DNA of 64,000 nt, taken from NCBI GenBank assembly GCA_965153285.1, contig OZ229115.1; one strand, written 5' to 3'. A model generated the notes under the pieces. It saw only the letters and a list, made by a program, of their open reading frames with translations, was not told the DNA's origin and searched no databases. This stretch comes from Podarcis tiliguerta (Eukaryota). Of this stretch, positions 26,601 to 39,679 are shown one piece after another; within the stretch, counting starts at the first letter, position 1, and each line of letters begins with the position of its first letter. The position numbers were made by a program, and so were the translations under genes.

Positions 26601-27694
26601 GAGTCTTTGGCCCTATCCCTTAGGCTGTGAGACAGTTGGCCCCCTACCATAAATCTAGTCTAGGGCCACACCCCACTCCTGCCTATCCTCTGTGAGTAAG
26701 GGGCACCACAGTGAATCAAACGCAGAGCAAGATGTTCACAACAGACTGATGTGATGTAGTTTGAGAAACCTTAAAACTGGGAACTGAGCCATATCAGTCG
26801 CAAGATCTCCCGCTTATGTCAGAAAACCATTGCTTGGAAAGCTATCAAGGGACCAGAATTTCCTCAGAGTTAGAAAGGCACTTTCTTTTTACATACAATC
26901 AGATTCTGAAGAATCTGAGCAGCTACCAACTTCATCATGGCCATGCACACTTCAAGACTGAGCTGCATCTAACAAAGTTCTTCTGTTCATGTAAGGACTT
27001 CTGCTTGCACAATAGAACTTCCTCTCCCTCTCCTCACCTCATGTACCAATCTGCTCTCAAGTTTTCCCCAAACCACCAGGGCAAATTTGAGGCGTGGGGG
27101 GCATGCGAGGAAAAGAGAGGGAGGGGAAGTTCCTAGCATGAACAGGACAATTTCACTGGATTCAACCATCTAAGAGGATTTTGCTACAGTTTGTCTGGAG
27201 CTGCTGCCAGGTAACTTATCCATAGAAGCACATGGCACACAGGTCTTCAGGCAAGCTAAAATTAGTATGTTTTCAGTGCCTTGGTTCTCTCTACCTTGAA
27301 GTCTTTAATTCCCCCCCCCCCAAATCACATTTTTCAATTCAATTCAATTCAAAGTGCTTTTTTTGGCTATTAGAAAAACTTTGAAATATTTATATCTAAA
27401 ATTATTGAGGCACACTAAGCACAAATGAAACAAACTATTTAGGGCAGCAGAATATATTCCAATTCAAATTTTTCCACAGTATCCACATTCACTGTTTGAT
27501 ACCCAAGACGAGTATTAAAGAGAAGAGTATATACCCTGAAATGCAAAGAGGCCAAGAGAGTGCACAGAAACAAGAAAGAACATGCACAGTAAATAAAGTC
27601 CAAAAAGACTAAAACAGTGGATGAAGTGAAGCCAGAGCTCCCTTGCTGAGTGGTATGGAGTTGGTTGTGTGCTGACTGAATCTGTTAACAAATG

Positions 27695-27908
27695 AATATG
27701 CTGTCTCCTAGGTGAGCAGATCCAGGATGTGATGAACAAGTTGTCAAGTCTTATCAAGTTCACCGATCATTATCCTTTCTTGCTTTTCCCCAAGGGAATG
27801 AATTACACCAGAGACAACTATGAACGTATCACATTCGACTACAAAACTCTGAGGGGGGAGGTGAAGGACCTTGGGGCTCAGGTGATGTCCTTGTCAATTC
27901 TTCCTGTA
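27695..27908 (+). mobile_element. CR1 LINE ORF1 (SGNH esterase) remnant
   Basis: Translates as CCLLGEQIQDV..KLSSLIKFTDHYPFLL...ERITFDYKTLRGEVKDLGAQVMSLSILPV, the CR1 ORF1p esterase motif (ORF 27729..27950). Confidence 0.8.
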
Positions 27909-28174
27909 AAACAGGAATGGGGAATCTCCAACCCACCAAGCCTCTCCTGACTCTCTCCCCAGGCTATGTCCCCTTTCCCCTCACTGCACTGCAGTATGTC
28001 TCTCAGGAACCACAAGTGCTGAAAAATCCTGTAGATAAAAGTGCAGACCATTCCCCCCCCCCCTTGCGCATTGCTGCAATGTGTCTTTAAGCTGTGGTAA
28101 CAGAAAATATACAAGGGAAGTCCACCTTCCTGGGCAGAATGTGTCCTTCATTGTGAAAAACATGCTTATGATTT

Positions 28175-28289
28175 TGCCTTCTGGGATGTTGTTCTCCTAT
28201 GAGCTTCCCTAACAGTTTGGCCATTGTGGGGACAGCATAATAGACTACACAGGCCTTTGGTCTGGTCCAACAGGGCTGTTCTTATGCTC
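28175..28289 (+). mobile_element. CR1 3'-terminal fragment inserted in the older CR1
   Basis: ggccattgtggggacagc...tagactacacaggcctttggtctggtccaacagggctgttcttatg. Confidence 0.6.
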
Positions 28290-28534
28290 CACTAATCACA
28301 TATTCCTCTTTTGGCTCCACTCCTTCCCTATTTTAGGTCTGGCCTGATTGCTTGTGTAGCACAGCCCCTGGGAAGGAATTGGTTCTTGGGCTAAAAAAAT
28401 ATTATTTTGGCTGCAAAAGGCAGATGACAGAAAGGGGGGGGGGGTTGAGTACATCAGGTGAATAACTAGCAATGCAAATGCTGTTGAGAAGAAAGGTTGG
28501 TTTTTAGGGCCACCAGCTTAATTTTCCTCAGTAA

Positions 28535-29204
28535 TGGACAACTGGAAAGTAGCAGGTGAACCTGATCAGGAAGGTTTTAAACTGAAGCCTGAAGTTAAGT
28601 ACCCCATCCTGGTACCACTACTGATGAAGGGACGGCTGCAAATCTTCAATATAAAGATAAGCATTAGAGAAAGAGATTTAGATATTATAGGAGAAACTGC
28701 AGGGGAAGATGGCCGATGTGGGTGTACAGCAAAACACACAATAAAACAGCAGGAGACACATTGTAGCAGATTATTTAAGGTTTTTTATGTCTATACACTA
28801 CTGCACACAGCAGTAGTAGGAAATAAACAGGATGAGCTTGAACTGCTTGTAAAGCAAAGGAACTACGACAATAGGTATTAATGGGACTTAGTGGGATGGC
28901 TCCCATGACTGAGATGTAGCAACTGAAAGATACAGCTTGTTAAAAGAGGACTGACACAACCAAAAGGGAGGGGGAGCAGCAGTATGTGTCTGCACCTGCA
29001 CAGAAAAGAAAGAAAGTGAACAGAGTGGGTCTATGGGGATTATATGGGTAGAATGAATTGGGAAATTAGCAAAAATAATACAGTGATGAAGTCTGCTACA
29101 GACTCCACACCAATGTGAGGAGTAACACATTACAGATGTTTCAGGAAAGGAGGAATTAGTAGTAATGGGGACCTACCTTGGTATCTGCTGTGGGGCAAAC
29201 GCCG
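28535..29204 (+). mobile_element. CR1 ORF1 end and ORF2 apurinic endonuclease remnant
   Basis: ORF1 end ...ttttaaactga, then GNKQDELELLVKQRNYD, WDGSHD-, YSLLK- and KGGG-like motifs and gtagtaatggggac (VVMGD), with frameshifts. Confidence 0.8.
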
Positions 29205-29207
29205 CTG

Positions 29208-29570
29208 TTTATTTATTAATTACCATTTACACACTGCGTGATTGGGGGGGGGCACCCCAAAGCAGTTTACAAACAGATAAAGCAACGAAACAGAGAAAAT
29301 TCACAACCATACCTTAAAACATACAAAAATTAAAATACTAAAACAGATTTAATTACTTCAACTTTCTAAATATATGGGCGGGCTTGTATAAACAAGAATG
29401 TTTATACCAAAAAGAATATGGTGAAGGCACCTGCTTGATCTCAATAGGCAGGGAGTTCCGAAGTGCAGCTGTTGCCAAACTAAATGATAAGAGTTCTTAC
29501 AAATGCGGAAGAGGCATTATGTGGTAGCTGTAGTAGTGCCAATTCCACTGATCAAAGCAGTTGAGTGGAG
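29208..29570 (-). mobile_element. L2 LINE 3' fragment
   Basis: Reverse tail tttatttattaat, terminal remnant, and ggcagggagttcc (reverse WNSLP motif). Confidence 0.65.
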
Positions 29571-29574
29571 ATTG

Positions 29575-29899
29575 TGAGGAGGCATAATAGCAATCTTCAA
29601 ATATCTAATGGGATGTCACATGTAACAAGCTTCTTTTCTTCTGCTCCAGAGGCTAGGACCTAAACTAACGGCATCAAGTTACAATAAAGGAGATTCTGAC
29701 TAAACATTAGGAATACCTTTCAGACAGTAAGAGCTGTTTGGCAGTGGAATGGACACCTGTGAGTGGTAGTGGGCTCTCCTTCCTTGGAGGTTTCTCAGCA
29801 GAGGTTGGATGGCCATCTGTCATGGATGATCTAGTTGAGATCATTGCAGGGTTTGGACTAGATGACCCTCAAGGTACCTTACAACTCTACAATCTGTGA
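29575..29899 (+). mobile_element. CR1 ORF2 C-terminus and 3' end
   Basis: atcttcaaatatct...acagtaagagctgtttggcagtggaa...cagaggttggatggccatctgtc...ggactagatgaccctcaaggtaccttacaactctacaatctgtga. A second shorter CR1 3' piece follows to about 30015. Confidence 0.85.
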
Positions 29900-31344
29900 G
29901 CAGTTCAACAATGGAACTAATTAATACTAAGATCTTCAAGCAGAGGTTGGACTGCAATCTGTTGGGGGTGGTTTAAGCTCAGGATTTTCAGAATCAAGGA
30001 GGGCATTGGACTAAGTGTGCTAAGAAACTAGATTTCTAAGAGGTTGTTATGGACTACCAAAGGGCAGCCCAACGTACTAGCTTCCAGAACAAAGAACATT
30101 GCATGACAAGATATGTCATTCCTACAGTAAACAGCCCCAGCTTGCTGGCACACACAGCAAGTGCATGAACACACCCACACAGGCACAATCATACCTGTCC
30201 TTTTACATTAGACATGAAAGCCTGCCTGTGTCTCTCCAAACACAAACTCTATATACAGAATGAGGAGTTTGTAAAGATAAGAGGCTGCACCATGGCAGCT
30301 CCCCATGGGGCAGGCGGGTGGCCAGCTTGGTGGGAGTTAATTAGAATCTTGTCACTAAGTGAATGCGCCCTGCCTGGACTATGACAGATGCTCCCCTCTG
30401 ACACTGGGGGCCAGGAGACAATCCACATCAAGCTACTGCAGGATGACCCTTTTAACACAAAGAGTAAACTCACTGCACAGCAAGTTGAAGCTCATTAAAA
30501 CTGTCTACTCTGTGAGCATCCCATTAACCTCCCTGTTAAAAACACGCAATCCCTCTTCTTCTTCTGCAGGCCTAATTAATGCTCAGGATCAGGAACAATA
30601 TAACACCCTAACCTTCCTAGATTTCCAATCAGTAAATGAAAAGAGAGAGGGGAAGCCAGAAAGCTACAGATGCATCACCTGCACTTCACACCATATTGGT
30701 GGTTGACCCTTTCAAATAGGTAGGCTTTCCCATGAGGCTTTCGTGAGTTAAGGGAGATGGCCTGTGCATAGCCAGGGCAGTGTAATCAGGCTGCCATTTG
30801 CACTACATGCTTTGGTTGGGCAGCTTGTAAAGCATCTACATTCGATTTCCAAAACTGCTCTGCATGCTAGGGTATATGTGTGCACACATGCAGTTCTCAA
30901 TTCCTTCCCACACTCCAAACAGCCCCATAGTCAGTTCATGGGTGCTAGCTTTTTGATTCATGCAGCAATGAGTAGATTAGGCTACTGCATATGCACTAAC
31001 TAGGGGTTTGTTGGGAAGGAAGTCAACAGTATAGACAGAAAGGAAGGAAAACAGGTAGTCCTTGGCAAATCATCAGCAGAGTTGTCTAACCAGTGTTCAG
31101 CACTTGCTGAGCAATGAAGGCGAAGAGGCTCCCTCAGATCTCAGCCCACTCCATTGTAGGGTGTGTAAAGCAAAAACAAACAAACAAAACTGCTACTTCA
31201 TGGCAACTCGGCCTAGAGGCCAGCATACAACTATAACTGCAGGGTCCTTCTTCGATCCTTTACCAAGGAAGGGAAAGCAAAGGAACTCCATGCCACTACA
31301 GGGATGCTAAGTAAACCATGCACAGCCAGAAGCGATAAAGCTTG

Positions 31345-31990
31345 AGGTGACTTGTATGGGAGAAGCTGCTCCCCAAGATATGCTAGGCACAAACCATTTG
31401 GGCTTTTATAGCCACCACTTTAAATCAGGCCTGAAAGATGATTTGCAGCCAAGAAACTGAGGAAGAATTGCCTTAATATATTCTCTGTGCCCATTTCTCA
31501 GAAAGCCCACCAAAGAATTCTGTGCCTGATCAGAGTTTCCAAATCATTGTCAAGGACAGTCCTGTGTAGACTGCACATTACAATACTTTATCTGAAAGGT
31601 TACCAAAGAATGGAGCAGACTGAGGACAGGTATGTTTCCCAGGCTCCCTCAGCCACTGTATCAGAGGAAGAAAGTGAGAGATTGCATCCAGAACATGTGA
31701 TCCTCTACAACAGACTGCCAACCATCACACCTGTTGTCTAGCTTCAGTCCAGCATTCATCCAGTCCAGAATGTGCTGCTGCTCCTTGATCCGATGAAGAA
31801 CAACAGAGCTGAATCTCATCAGAATATCTGATTTGAAGTTTGCTTCATCTCTAGTGAGACTACTCTACCTGCCAGTCAACCCCTCTTTCACTGTTTCTGC
31901 ACCCTATCAGGGCTCCTGGCCTCCCCAACTGAAGTGCTTGATTTGAACTGAAATGTTCTAGACCAAACTCACATGCCATTACACTGTTTA
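31345..31990 (-). mobile_element. Old degraded L2 ORF2 fragment
   Basis: Layout parallels the L2 at 54131-55066 (tcaaggacagtcctgtgtagactgcacattacaata..., reverse of the YCN..Y.GLP region). Confidence 0.5.
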
Positions 31991-34030
31991 TGGCAAGTAA
32001 CACTTACTAAAGTCACTGTCAAGCATTCGGAAATCACATATTTTAGGAATATTTTTCTATATAAATGCGCAATGGTTACTGAATAGGTCCAGAGAGAAAA
32101 ACACGTTATTGTCTTCCAGTAATGGAAAATATTTATTAATTTTAAAACTAAACTGACAACATTGTTAGGGTCTACACAAATTGTAAAAGAGCCATGACAA
32201 GCTTGAACGAATCACAACTCCAAAAGCTGCTTTACCATTGGTTGCAAAATGGAGTATGTTTGGGAGAGTAGGGAGACATACTTGGCACAATACTACAGTG
32301 AGAAGGAAAACTTCCCTTGTTAAAATGAGAAGTCAGGCTCGACAACCTTACTCAAGGGCTAACTGCTGGGCTCAGAGCAGATATGGCGCAGTGTTTAACC
32401 TCAGCGCTACAACCTCAGATGGCATGCAAGTGCATCACACCAAAAGCAGCAGCAGTAGCAGCATGTGCTCCCACCTCAAGGCTGTTTAACTGAAATGAAG
32501 AAGCAAGAGCCCCTGGAAAGAAAAGTCAGTCAAGAAGATTGGGGAAAATAAACCACTTTTGTGCACTGCTATCCAGCAGGGCAAAGCCAACTAATGACAG
32601 TCCGATAAATGTACAAGGTAATTAAAGGAAGTGACAGATTATATTCTAGGGATGTTTGTTGCTTTAGTGTGGTAAGAGGAGACACTATAAACACTCCTAT
32701 AAAACACAGAGAGGAGATGAATGGTTCTAAGGGGTCCCTAGCAACAACGTGAAACAGGTTTTGCATCAGGCTCCCCCTCCAGCCCAATTTGTGGGCTTTT
32801 CCTACAGCATACATATATTGCTGAAATGAATTTACACTCAGGCACAGAAGCAAAATTTCAATGCTACATCCTATCAATGAAGCAACCAGATCCATAGTTC
32901 AAAAGGAGCTTGCTAATTAAAAGCTGGTAAGCTTTAAATAATTCATCTCCTTAACTCATATTGATTTGGTAGTTTAGTGGTTAGGATCTTGAAACAATAT
33001 TAAACAGCTTCCTCCAGGCTCGGGTGCTGGGTAACTTTCTCACATAAGTCTCTCACCCTAGGAAATGTAAATGCACAGCAGCAAGAAGCAGACAGAGGTG
33101 GACACGCCTAGGCAGGGGCAAAGGAAAGGAGAAATGCAACTAGTTGGATTAAAAGGTCAGACATTTGAAGGGTTTTACATAAAGAACAGGAAACAATGAA
33201 CAGGTTGTATCAATATCCCTCAATCTGAGAGCTTTTCATATTTTCCTGGACTGGCACGACACACAGGTTCCTAAAGAACAAACCCTATAGTAATTCTCCC
33301 ACGGACAGGACAAGGAAGCACACAGATATATATTGGCCCATACCAGCTAGGACTGTCACATTAGAGGTTTTAGGACTTTTGTGCAAAAGCTCAGAGAAGT
33401 ACAGCAAAAGCTGAAGAGAAGTACAGTATATACTCTCCTAGATGTATGCTAGCAGGACTAACAAACAGCCAGCTCTCCCAAACTTGTTGGATCCAGAAGG
33501 TGGGATGATCATGGCTAAAACACACACACTTGAATAGAAAAATGGATTCTAAAATCAGGGGCCAAGTGAGGGGTGGTTTGGCATGACCTCAGGAAGGACC
33601 CTACCCTGATGATTTGGCAAAGCCCCACTATGGGGGAAGGAAGACAAAGGCATTGCACTTCTGAGGCATCATGTTCACCGTTGACACTCAAATGCAGCAG
33701 CAAGTGTCAAGTGGCTTAGAAACATATATAGAGGCAATGGATCTGGATGCTAGACTGACAAAAGAGAAACGATATCAAAGTGGAGCATGCTTATTTCTCT
33801 ACTACCAGCTCCTTCGGGATCCAGCATCCTTTTGTATTCCAGAGGTAGTGGCAGCCCTAACCTATGTGCTCCAGTTCTTGCCACACCAAAGACAGTGATA
33901 AGCTGGTTTCCACAGATAAGAGAGCCATACATCCTTGGGAACTGCAGATGAGCCTGCCACTATACACTATTCCACAAACAGAGAAAAATACACCTGGACT
34001 GGAGTGAGAGAAGGAAGTCATGTTACTGAC

Positions 34031-34130
34031 CTATCCCACTGTGAGGCCTTCCTATGTGCTGTAGGTTCAGGCCTTTGTTCATGTCTAAGAGTCCATTCTT
34101 TGGCCAGCTCCCCATGGCAAAGCTGTATGC
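34031..34130 (-). CDS. ERI3: ERI3 (PRNPIP) exoribonuclease, penultimate coding exon (100 nt, phase 0 to phase 1)
   Basis: Minus strand reads ctttttcctctttcttttgcag|GCA TAC AGC TTT GCC ATG GGG AGC TGG CCA AAG AAT GGA CTC TTA GAC ATG AAC AAA GGC CTG AAC CTA CAG CAC ATA GGA AGG CCT CAC AGT GGG ATA G|gtcagt = AYSFAMGSWPKNGLLDMNKGLNLQHIGRPHSGI(D). This matches the ERI3 C-terminal region as I recall it (AYSFAMGCWPKNGLLDMNKGLSLQHIGRPHSGIDDCKNI), including the DEDDh ExoIII His. Canonical AG and GT sites. Confidence 0.95.
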
Positions 34131-36277
34131 CTGCAAAAGAAAGAGGAAAAAGACATTTTAGATAATTGTACAACAAGTATCACAAGGCCAGACCCTACTG
34201 AAGCATTGTAAAAAGTTACATAATACCTTTAGGCCCTCTCTTGCTGATATTTGGCTGATTACTCAGACAGAACACACAATATGATCTGCCCAGTGCTTTT
34301 ACTTTGGGCTTTCCATCTCCACATAATTCTGCAAATACAAATTCTTACTCTCTTGTCTCAAGCTTTCCTTCTATCTCTCGCAACTTAAATCTGTTTTAGT
34401 GCAGATATTGTTGACTTGCTGTCTTAGTTTATTCCAGGTCCCACAACACAAAATGCCAAGTTCTCCACATTTTCTGCAAACAGAATGTTGAAAATTGAAT
34501 TAAGCAAATTTTCATTGATCATTTCCACTAATAAATCAATCAGATTTGATTTGTTGTACATAAACACCATTTACCATCAGCAACATGGCCAATAACTCAT
34601 TCAGAACTGTGCCACCCACACTGATTAAAGTACTCCAGCCTTAGCAGATGCCAACAGGAAAGTGGAAAAATATAATGCCAAGCAACAGTCATAGGGAAAA
34701 AAAGCAAATGCATAAAGCAGGTGACGAGGTATGCAAAGATTAAATATGACATTCCCCTAAGCTGCACTGAGTATCCCTCTCAGAACCCTCTGAAATCTTT
34801 ATCAGTCACTCTTGCATCTTTTCATATTTTTCTCTGCACCATGAGGGTAACACACATTTTAAAATTAAACCTCAGAGTCTATCTGACATACCTCCTGTGT
34901 CACCTCATTCCTTCATGGCTCCTGGCAGCCACTGTTCCTTCCTTCATTCCTGAACTGAGATTCCAAGAGTCCCTTCTTTGAGGCCCAGGAGATAACACTG
35001 CTGTTTGCCACCTGCTCTTTCCAACTCACTCCGTCTCATCATGCAGTGATTGTCAACAGCACTTCTAGCACATATTAGACCACAAGGCAAAGCATTCACT
35101 GTTCACATCACTGAACTGTCCAGGTGCTATACTTGAATAGCTTGGGAACCATGTGCTGCTCCAAGGCTATATTTCAGCTAACCCTACAATAATTATAGAG
35201 GAATATTTGTTCATGAGCAGAAGCTTGAATACCCAGGGTTTATCTGGAGCAAGGGAAACACCTTACTAGAACAAACTTGATGGAAGAGGATCCTAGACTA
35301 GTTCACAGAGGGACAAGGTAGAAGAGAAATGAGCAAATTTAAGCGTGCAATGTGGAAAAGTGCACTAACAGCTACACAAAGCCTCAGGGCCTTAAAACAC
35401 CACAATAATTATGATCTGACAGCAGCATAACTTCTCCATCACAAGGTATTACAGAAGCTGTGTCATTGTGAGATATTAATGGTGCAAGGCTTAGCTATAC
35501 TTAAGTGCTGGGCTGCCATGTGAGCCATTGTTCCCAGACAAGATCATGTCAATCCACAGAATATATCATCGCCAGGTCCACTTTATCTCAGCTACCTCAG
35601 AAATAGGCAGAACAGGGATCTTAACAGAGTTAGCAGCTATCCTTTTCCTTAACTGGCTAACCACAATTTGGAGATGATAACAGCCACGGTTGTGTCTGAG
35701 GGCTGTTACACTGGAAGGGGGGAATCAAGCCCAACTTTGCTCCTGTAATCACTAAAGTACTTACTGGGTCAGCTTGTGGGGGAACCCATACCTACTATAC
35801 TGCTAAGTGTTTGAAAATTACTCACAGGGGAATCTTCATCTAATACAAAACGGTCTCACACTACTTTAAAATGCTCCTCTATCTGCTGGTGCCCAAATAC
35901 GCACAATATCCACCTTTCTGATATGCAGAGAATTACATTTTTCTAAGAGGGACACAGAGGGACCAATTTCATTTAATATTTGCTTTCAGATATCTTTCAG
36001 CATAGTATGTACTGTATTTCATTTTCTTCTATTAGCTTTTTCTAAGCCTTCAGAGAAACTTTAGATCAAAATAAAAGCGTACAAAGAGTGCAACATCATT
36101 AAAATCAACCTCCTTACATTTGGTATCCTCAAATCTTCTGGTAACACTGATTTCCTTACAAAAGGGGTCCAAGGTACTATCTGGGAACTTAAGATTTCTT
36201 AGCCTAGGACTGTTGAACACACAGAAGAACAAGCCTTAGTGTACAATTCTTCCCCTTGTCAAGCAGTGACAGAGCTT

Positions 36278-36654
36278 GATGTGCTCTCTGGGGAGCTGGC
36301 TTTGGGCACTAGGCCTGGTGGCAGACCACCACTGCATAATAAAGATGTCTCCAAATGTGACATGAAAGCTAGCAACATTAACCCCACCATGTGGCAATTC
36401 CTTGCAGATGACCACAGTGCTTGGAAGCAATCTGTCAGGTTGCATATCCACAGCAGTGACCAGAGGAGGAATGACTGCTGGGATGAGCACAGAGACAAGA
36501 AATGTCATGGTGGAAGCCTTCATCTGCCCCAGCTGCAGTAAAATATGTCTCTCCCTTATTGGTCTCTACAGCCACAGTAGGTCCTGTAACTCTCCAATGG
36601 TTTGACTTAACCCCCAATGGCCCACTATTGCAAGACAGACAGATGGAAACAAAA
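36278..36654 (+). mobile_element. RTE-clade LINE 3' fragment
   Basis: DVLSGELALGTRPGGRPPLHNKDVSKCDMK..NINPTMW..LADDHSAWKQSV, then FICPSCSKICLSLIGLYSHSRSC (C-terminal zinc-finger-like motif). Ends agacagacagatggaaacaa. Confidence 0.85.
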
Positions 36655-36734
36655 TTAACCTCCACTGTACACAGTTCACTGAAAACTCCAACTCCACATG
36701 CAGTGCAGAGTGGAGAACTCTACACATCCAGATG

Positions 36735-37275
36735 GAATGTGTAGAGTTCTGTACATCCCATCTGAAAAACACAGAAAAAACTGCAACAAAAATGATCAAG
36801 TGCTGGAGCACATTCTCTATTAGTTAAAGCCTTTGGTGCTTTTTAGTTCAGAAAAAGGACAACTAAAGGGAGCCATGATAGGAGCTTTATAAGATTACTA
36901 ATGACACAGAGAGGATGGATAGAGATTTTTCTCTTTCTCTCTTAATATTAGGACTCAGGGTTGCCAAATGAAATTGATCAGCAGTAGATTCAGAGCAGAC
37001 AAAACGAAGTACTATCTCACCTAAAACAAAACTACCTTAGGCAATTTACTGCCATGGTATGTAGCAATGGCCACTACCATACATGGCTTTTAAAAAGGAC
37101 TAGACAAATTCAGTGGGAGAACAGGTCTATCAAAAGCTATTTGTCATGGTAGCTAAGTGGAATCTCAATGTTTAGAGGCATGATACTTGGAAGGCATGCA
37201 GTGTGGGAAGACTCATGACTTCTAGGGGACTTCCCGGAGTCCTCTGGAAGGTCACTATTAATATCATCTAGACTA
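36735..37275 (+). mobile_element. CR1 ORF2 C-terminus and 3'UTR (degraded)
   Basis: gcaacaaaaatgatcaag...agattcagagcagacaaaacgaagtac...aaaaggactagacaaattc...ggtctatcaaaagcta. Confidence 0.75.
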
Positions 37276-37285
37276 CTGACCAGTT

Positions 37286-37288
<3 letters not shown>

Positions 37289-37323
<35 letters not shown>
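37289..37323. repeat. (AC)n microsatellite
   Basis: Direct reading. Confidence 0.95.
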
Positions 37324-37325
<2 letters not shown>

Positions 37326-37904
37326 AAAATAAAAATAAAACTGCCTCAGTACAATTATTAAATATGGCTAAAGTGACCCTTGCCCATTTATCACCCTCCA
37401 AGTGGCTCCCCTGAAGGCGAACTTCCATTTCGTGTCATCCCTTTGATGACTAGCCACCAGTGGTGACCCCTTACAAATAAGCCCAGCAGTGAGTCAGAAA
37501 CACAGAAGTCAGCCCTTATTGGGTGGGGCAGATCCTCACTAAGATGCTGGCTTTGATAGGCTCTTGGTCTGATCTAGCAGATCAGATCATTTCTAATTAT
37601 CTTATTCCCATTTTAAGGGCATGCAAAGCTGACTGCTTTGGCACTCAAGTATTCTACTCACAGAAGTTTTTAGAAAAAGCATCCTTTATGAGGGAGTCAC
37701 TGCAAGGGAAGCAAGGAGTGAACACCCCAAGGAAAGCATTTACAGTCCCAATAGCCACACAGATACAGAGCTAGGAGACTCCTGCTGTACCACCTACAGC
37801 TCTCCTGACTAGCAAACTCTCTCTTTCAAAGCCAGTGTATTTAAGGCCCCTCCCCGCCAATCAGTGCCACTGCTGAGATGTCCCTGGAGTTCCATCACAG
37901 GGTT

Positions 37905-38160
37905 TTGGGTAGTTAATTTATTGCCACGTATGTAGCCATTTATGCTGCTTTGTTACTCCTGCCTTAGCAAAACACAGGGGCTCCACAGGTAATTAATAGA
38001 CAACACTGCTAATCCTATTGGGAGATGATTAGCAATTAAAACTCCTAATTAAGTCTATGCATAATTCACTGAAATTACATCCCTGTGTACACAATAGAGA
38101 GGTTTCCTTCGCCTTTGACAAATACGCACTGATATCTTTATTACTCATTCAAATCACTGT
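37905..38160. promoter_or_regulatory. Candidate highly conserved enhancer
   Basis: Very dense homeodomain cores: gttaatttattg, ggtaattaata, gctaatcc (38010-38015, K50 type), gattagcaattaa, cctaattaag, cataatt, gaaattac. TE-free. Confidence 0.5.
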
Positions 38161-39679
38161 GGCCCAGGATCTGGTCTATTACCCACAAGGGAGACTGAAC
38201 TTCTGGTTTTCTTCCTCTTCTGTTGAGCTGTACTTCATCCCTCCATCCCCTGCCATGCAGCAAGAAACTTCTCTTTTTTTTATTATTTGGATGGGGGGAG
38301 CTGTTCCACCATAATACCAGGAGGGAAAAGCAGCTCAGCTCTTTTTAAATAGGCACAGTGGTGCCCCCTCCTGGCTTTAACTTATATTTGGAAGGTGCCA
38401 GAAAGGAAAGTCGTGCAAGCAAGTTAGTGGAAGATACACTGGAAAATGTAATCTTCAACAAAGGGGCAGAAAGCTTAGCCAAGAAGGCGAAATGGTAGAA
38501 CTCTCTCAGCCTCATCCAAGAAGCAGCCAGCAAAATTAGGCTCCACTTACTAAGTACTGTGCAAAAGTTACCAAGAATTTGAGACTCAGAAGCACTTCAC
38601 ACATTACACTTTGCTTATATAGTTCTGCATACTTCTGTGCATGGAATATCACACACAAAACGTATACACTATAAAGAATACAAGTGTCTATTTCACTGCG
38701 TGTTTCCTTCATGCATGTTCTTCGCAAATGATCATATAGATGTTTTATAATAATACTTCTTCCTACAAATAAAGGCAAATTGCCTCACTCTCTGTATGGC
38801 ATGGGTGCATCCATACTTTGCTGGACTAATTGCATCATATGAAAAAAGACGTGGTATCAATATGATGCACAGGAAATTGTGCTAATCTGAAATGGAAGCC
38901 TCATCTCTACATTGCATAGAATAATGCAGTAATGAAGAGGTAAAATAGACTATCCCACTTTAAGCTGTAGATAGGGGAGCATTCAAAAATGTGATCTGTG
39001 TAAAAGCACCACCTCCCTGCAAGGGGAAAAGTAGCAAATCAGGAAAAGTAGTTTTCCCTGATGTGTTAGTTCCTTTAGTTAAATGAAGAGGTGCTTTTGT
39101 TCACGTGGAAGAGCATCCAAAACTTGAATCTCCTAATTGTGGCTTGACATACTGCAAGTACCCTCTGCCACCTCAGGATTCTAACACCTTGTTTGGTAGC
39201 GTCCTACGCACGTGTGTGCATATTCACACTTATGTGGCCTAAGAAACAAGTGCATTAAATGACCCTGAACCTTAATGAACAGAAATTGTCACCTAAACAA
39301 AATCCAGGCTGACACCAAAGGGTGTCAAAGCCTGTTGATAGCAGCTCACTGAGGCTCCAGGTCAAGATTTCCCCCCAGGTCCCATTACAGGAATTGCTGG
39401 GCGTTGGGCCTGGATCCTCATATAGGTAAAGCATGTACAATGTACAGCCCCACTTCACATTCTCTAGGTCTATCAGCTTATATGGAAGAGCCAGGCTTCT
39501 AAGGCTTACATCTGAGCCCCGAAGTCAGGATCAGGACCACAACTGGGCTTTTCTTTGCATCACATTCTGCTTTGCTCATCAAGGTCGTTGAGAAAGGCAG
39601 GAATACCTGAGCAAACTTGTTAAAGAGGCAGCATGGAAGGTGGCCTGAGCACTGAAGGTCAAGTGTGCCCTTATGCATA

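Noticed and set aside
27729-28881. ORFs with esterase- and endonuclease-like motifs as a possible host gene
   Set aside because: Frameshifted CR1 ORF1/ORF2 remnants.
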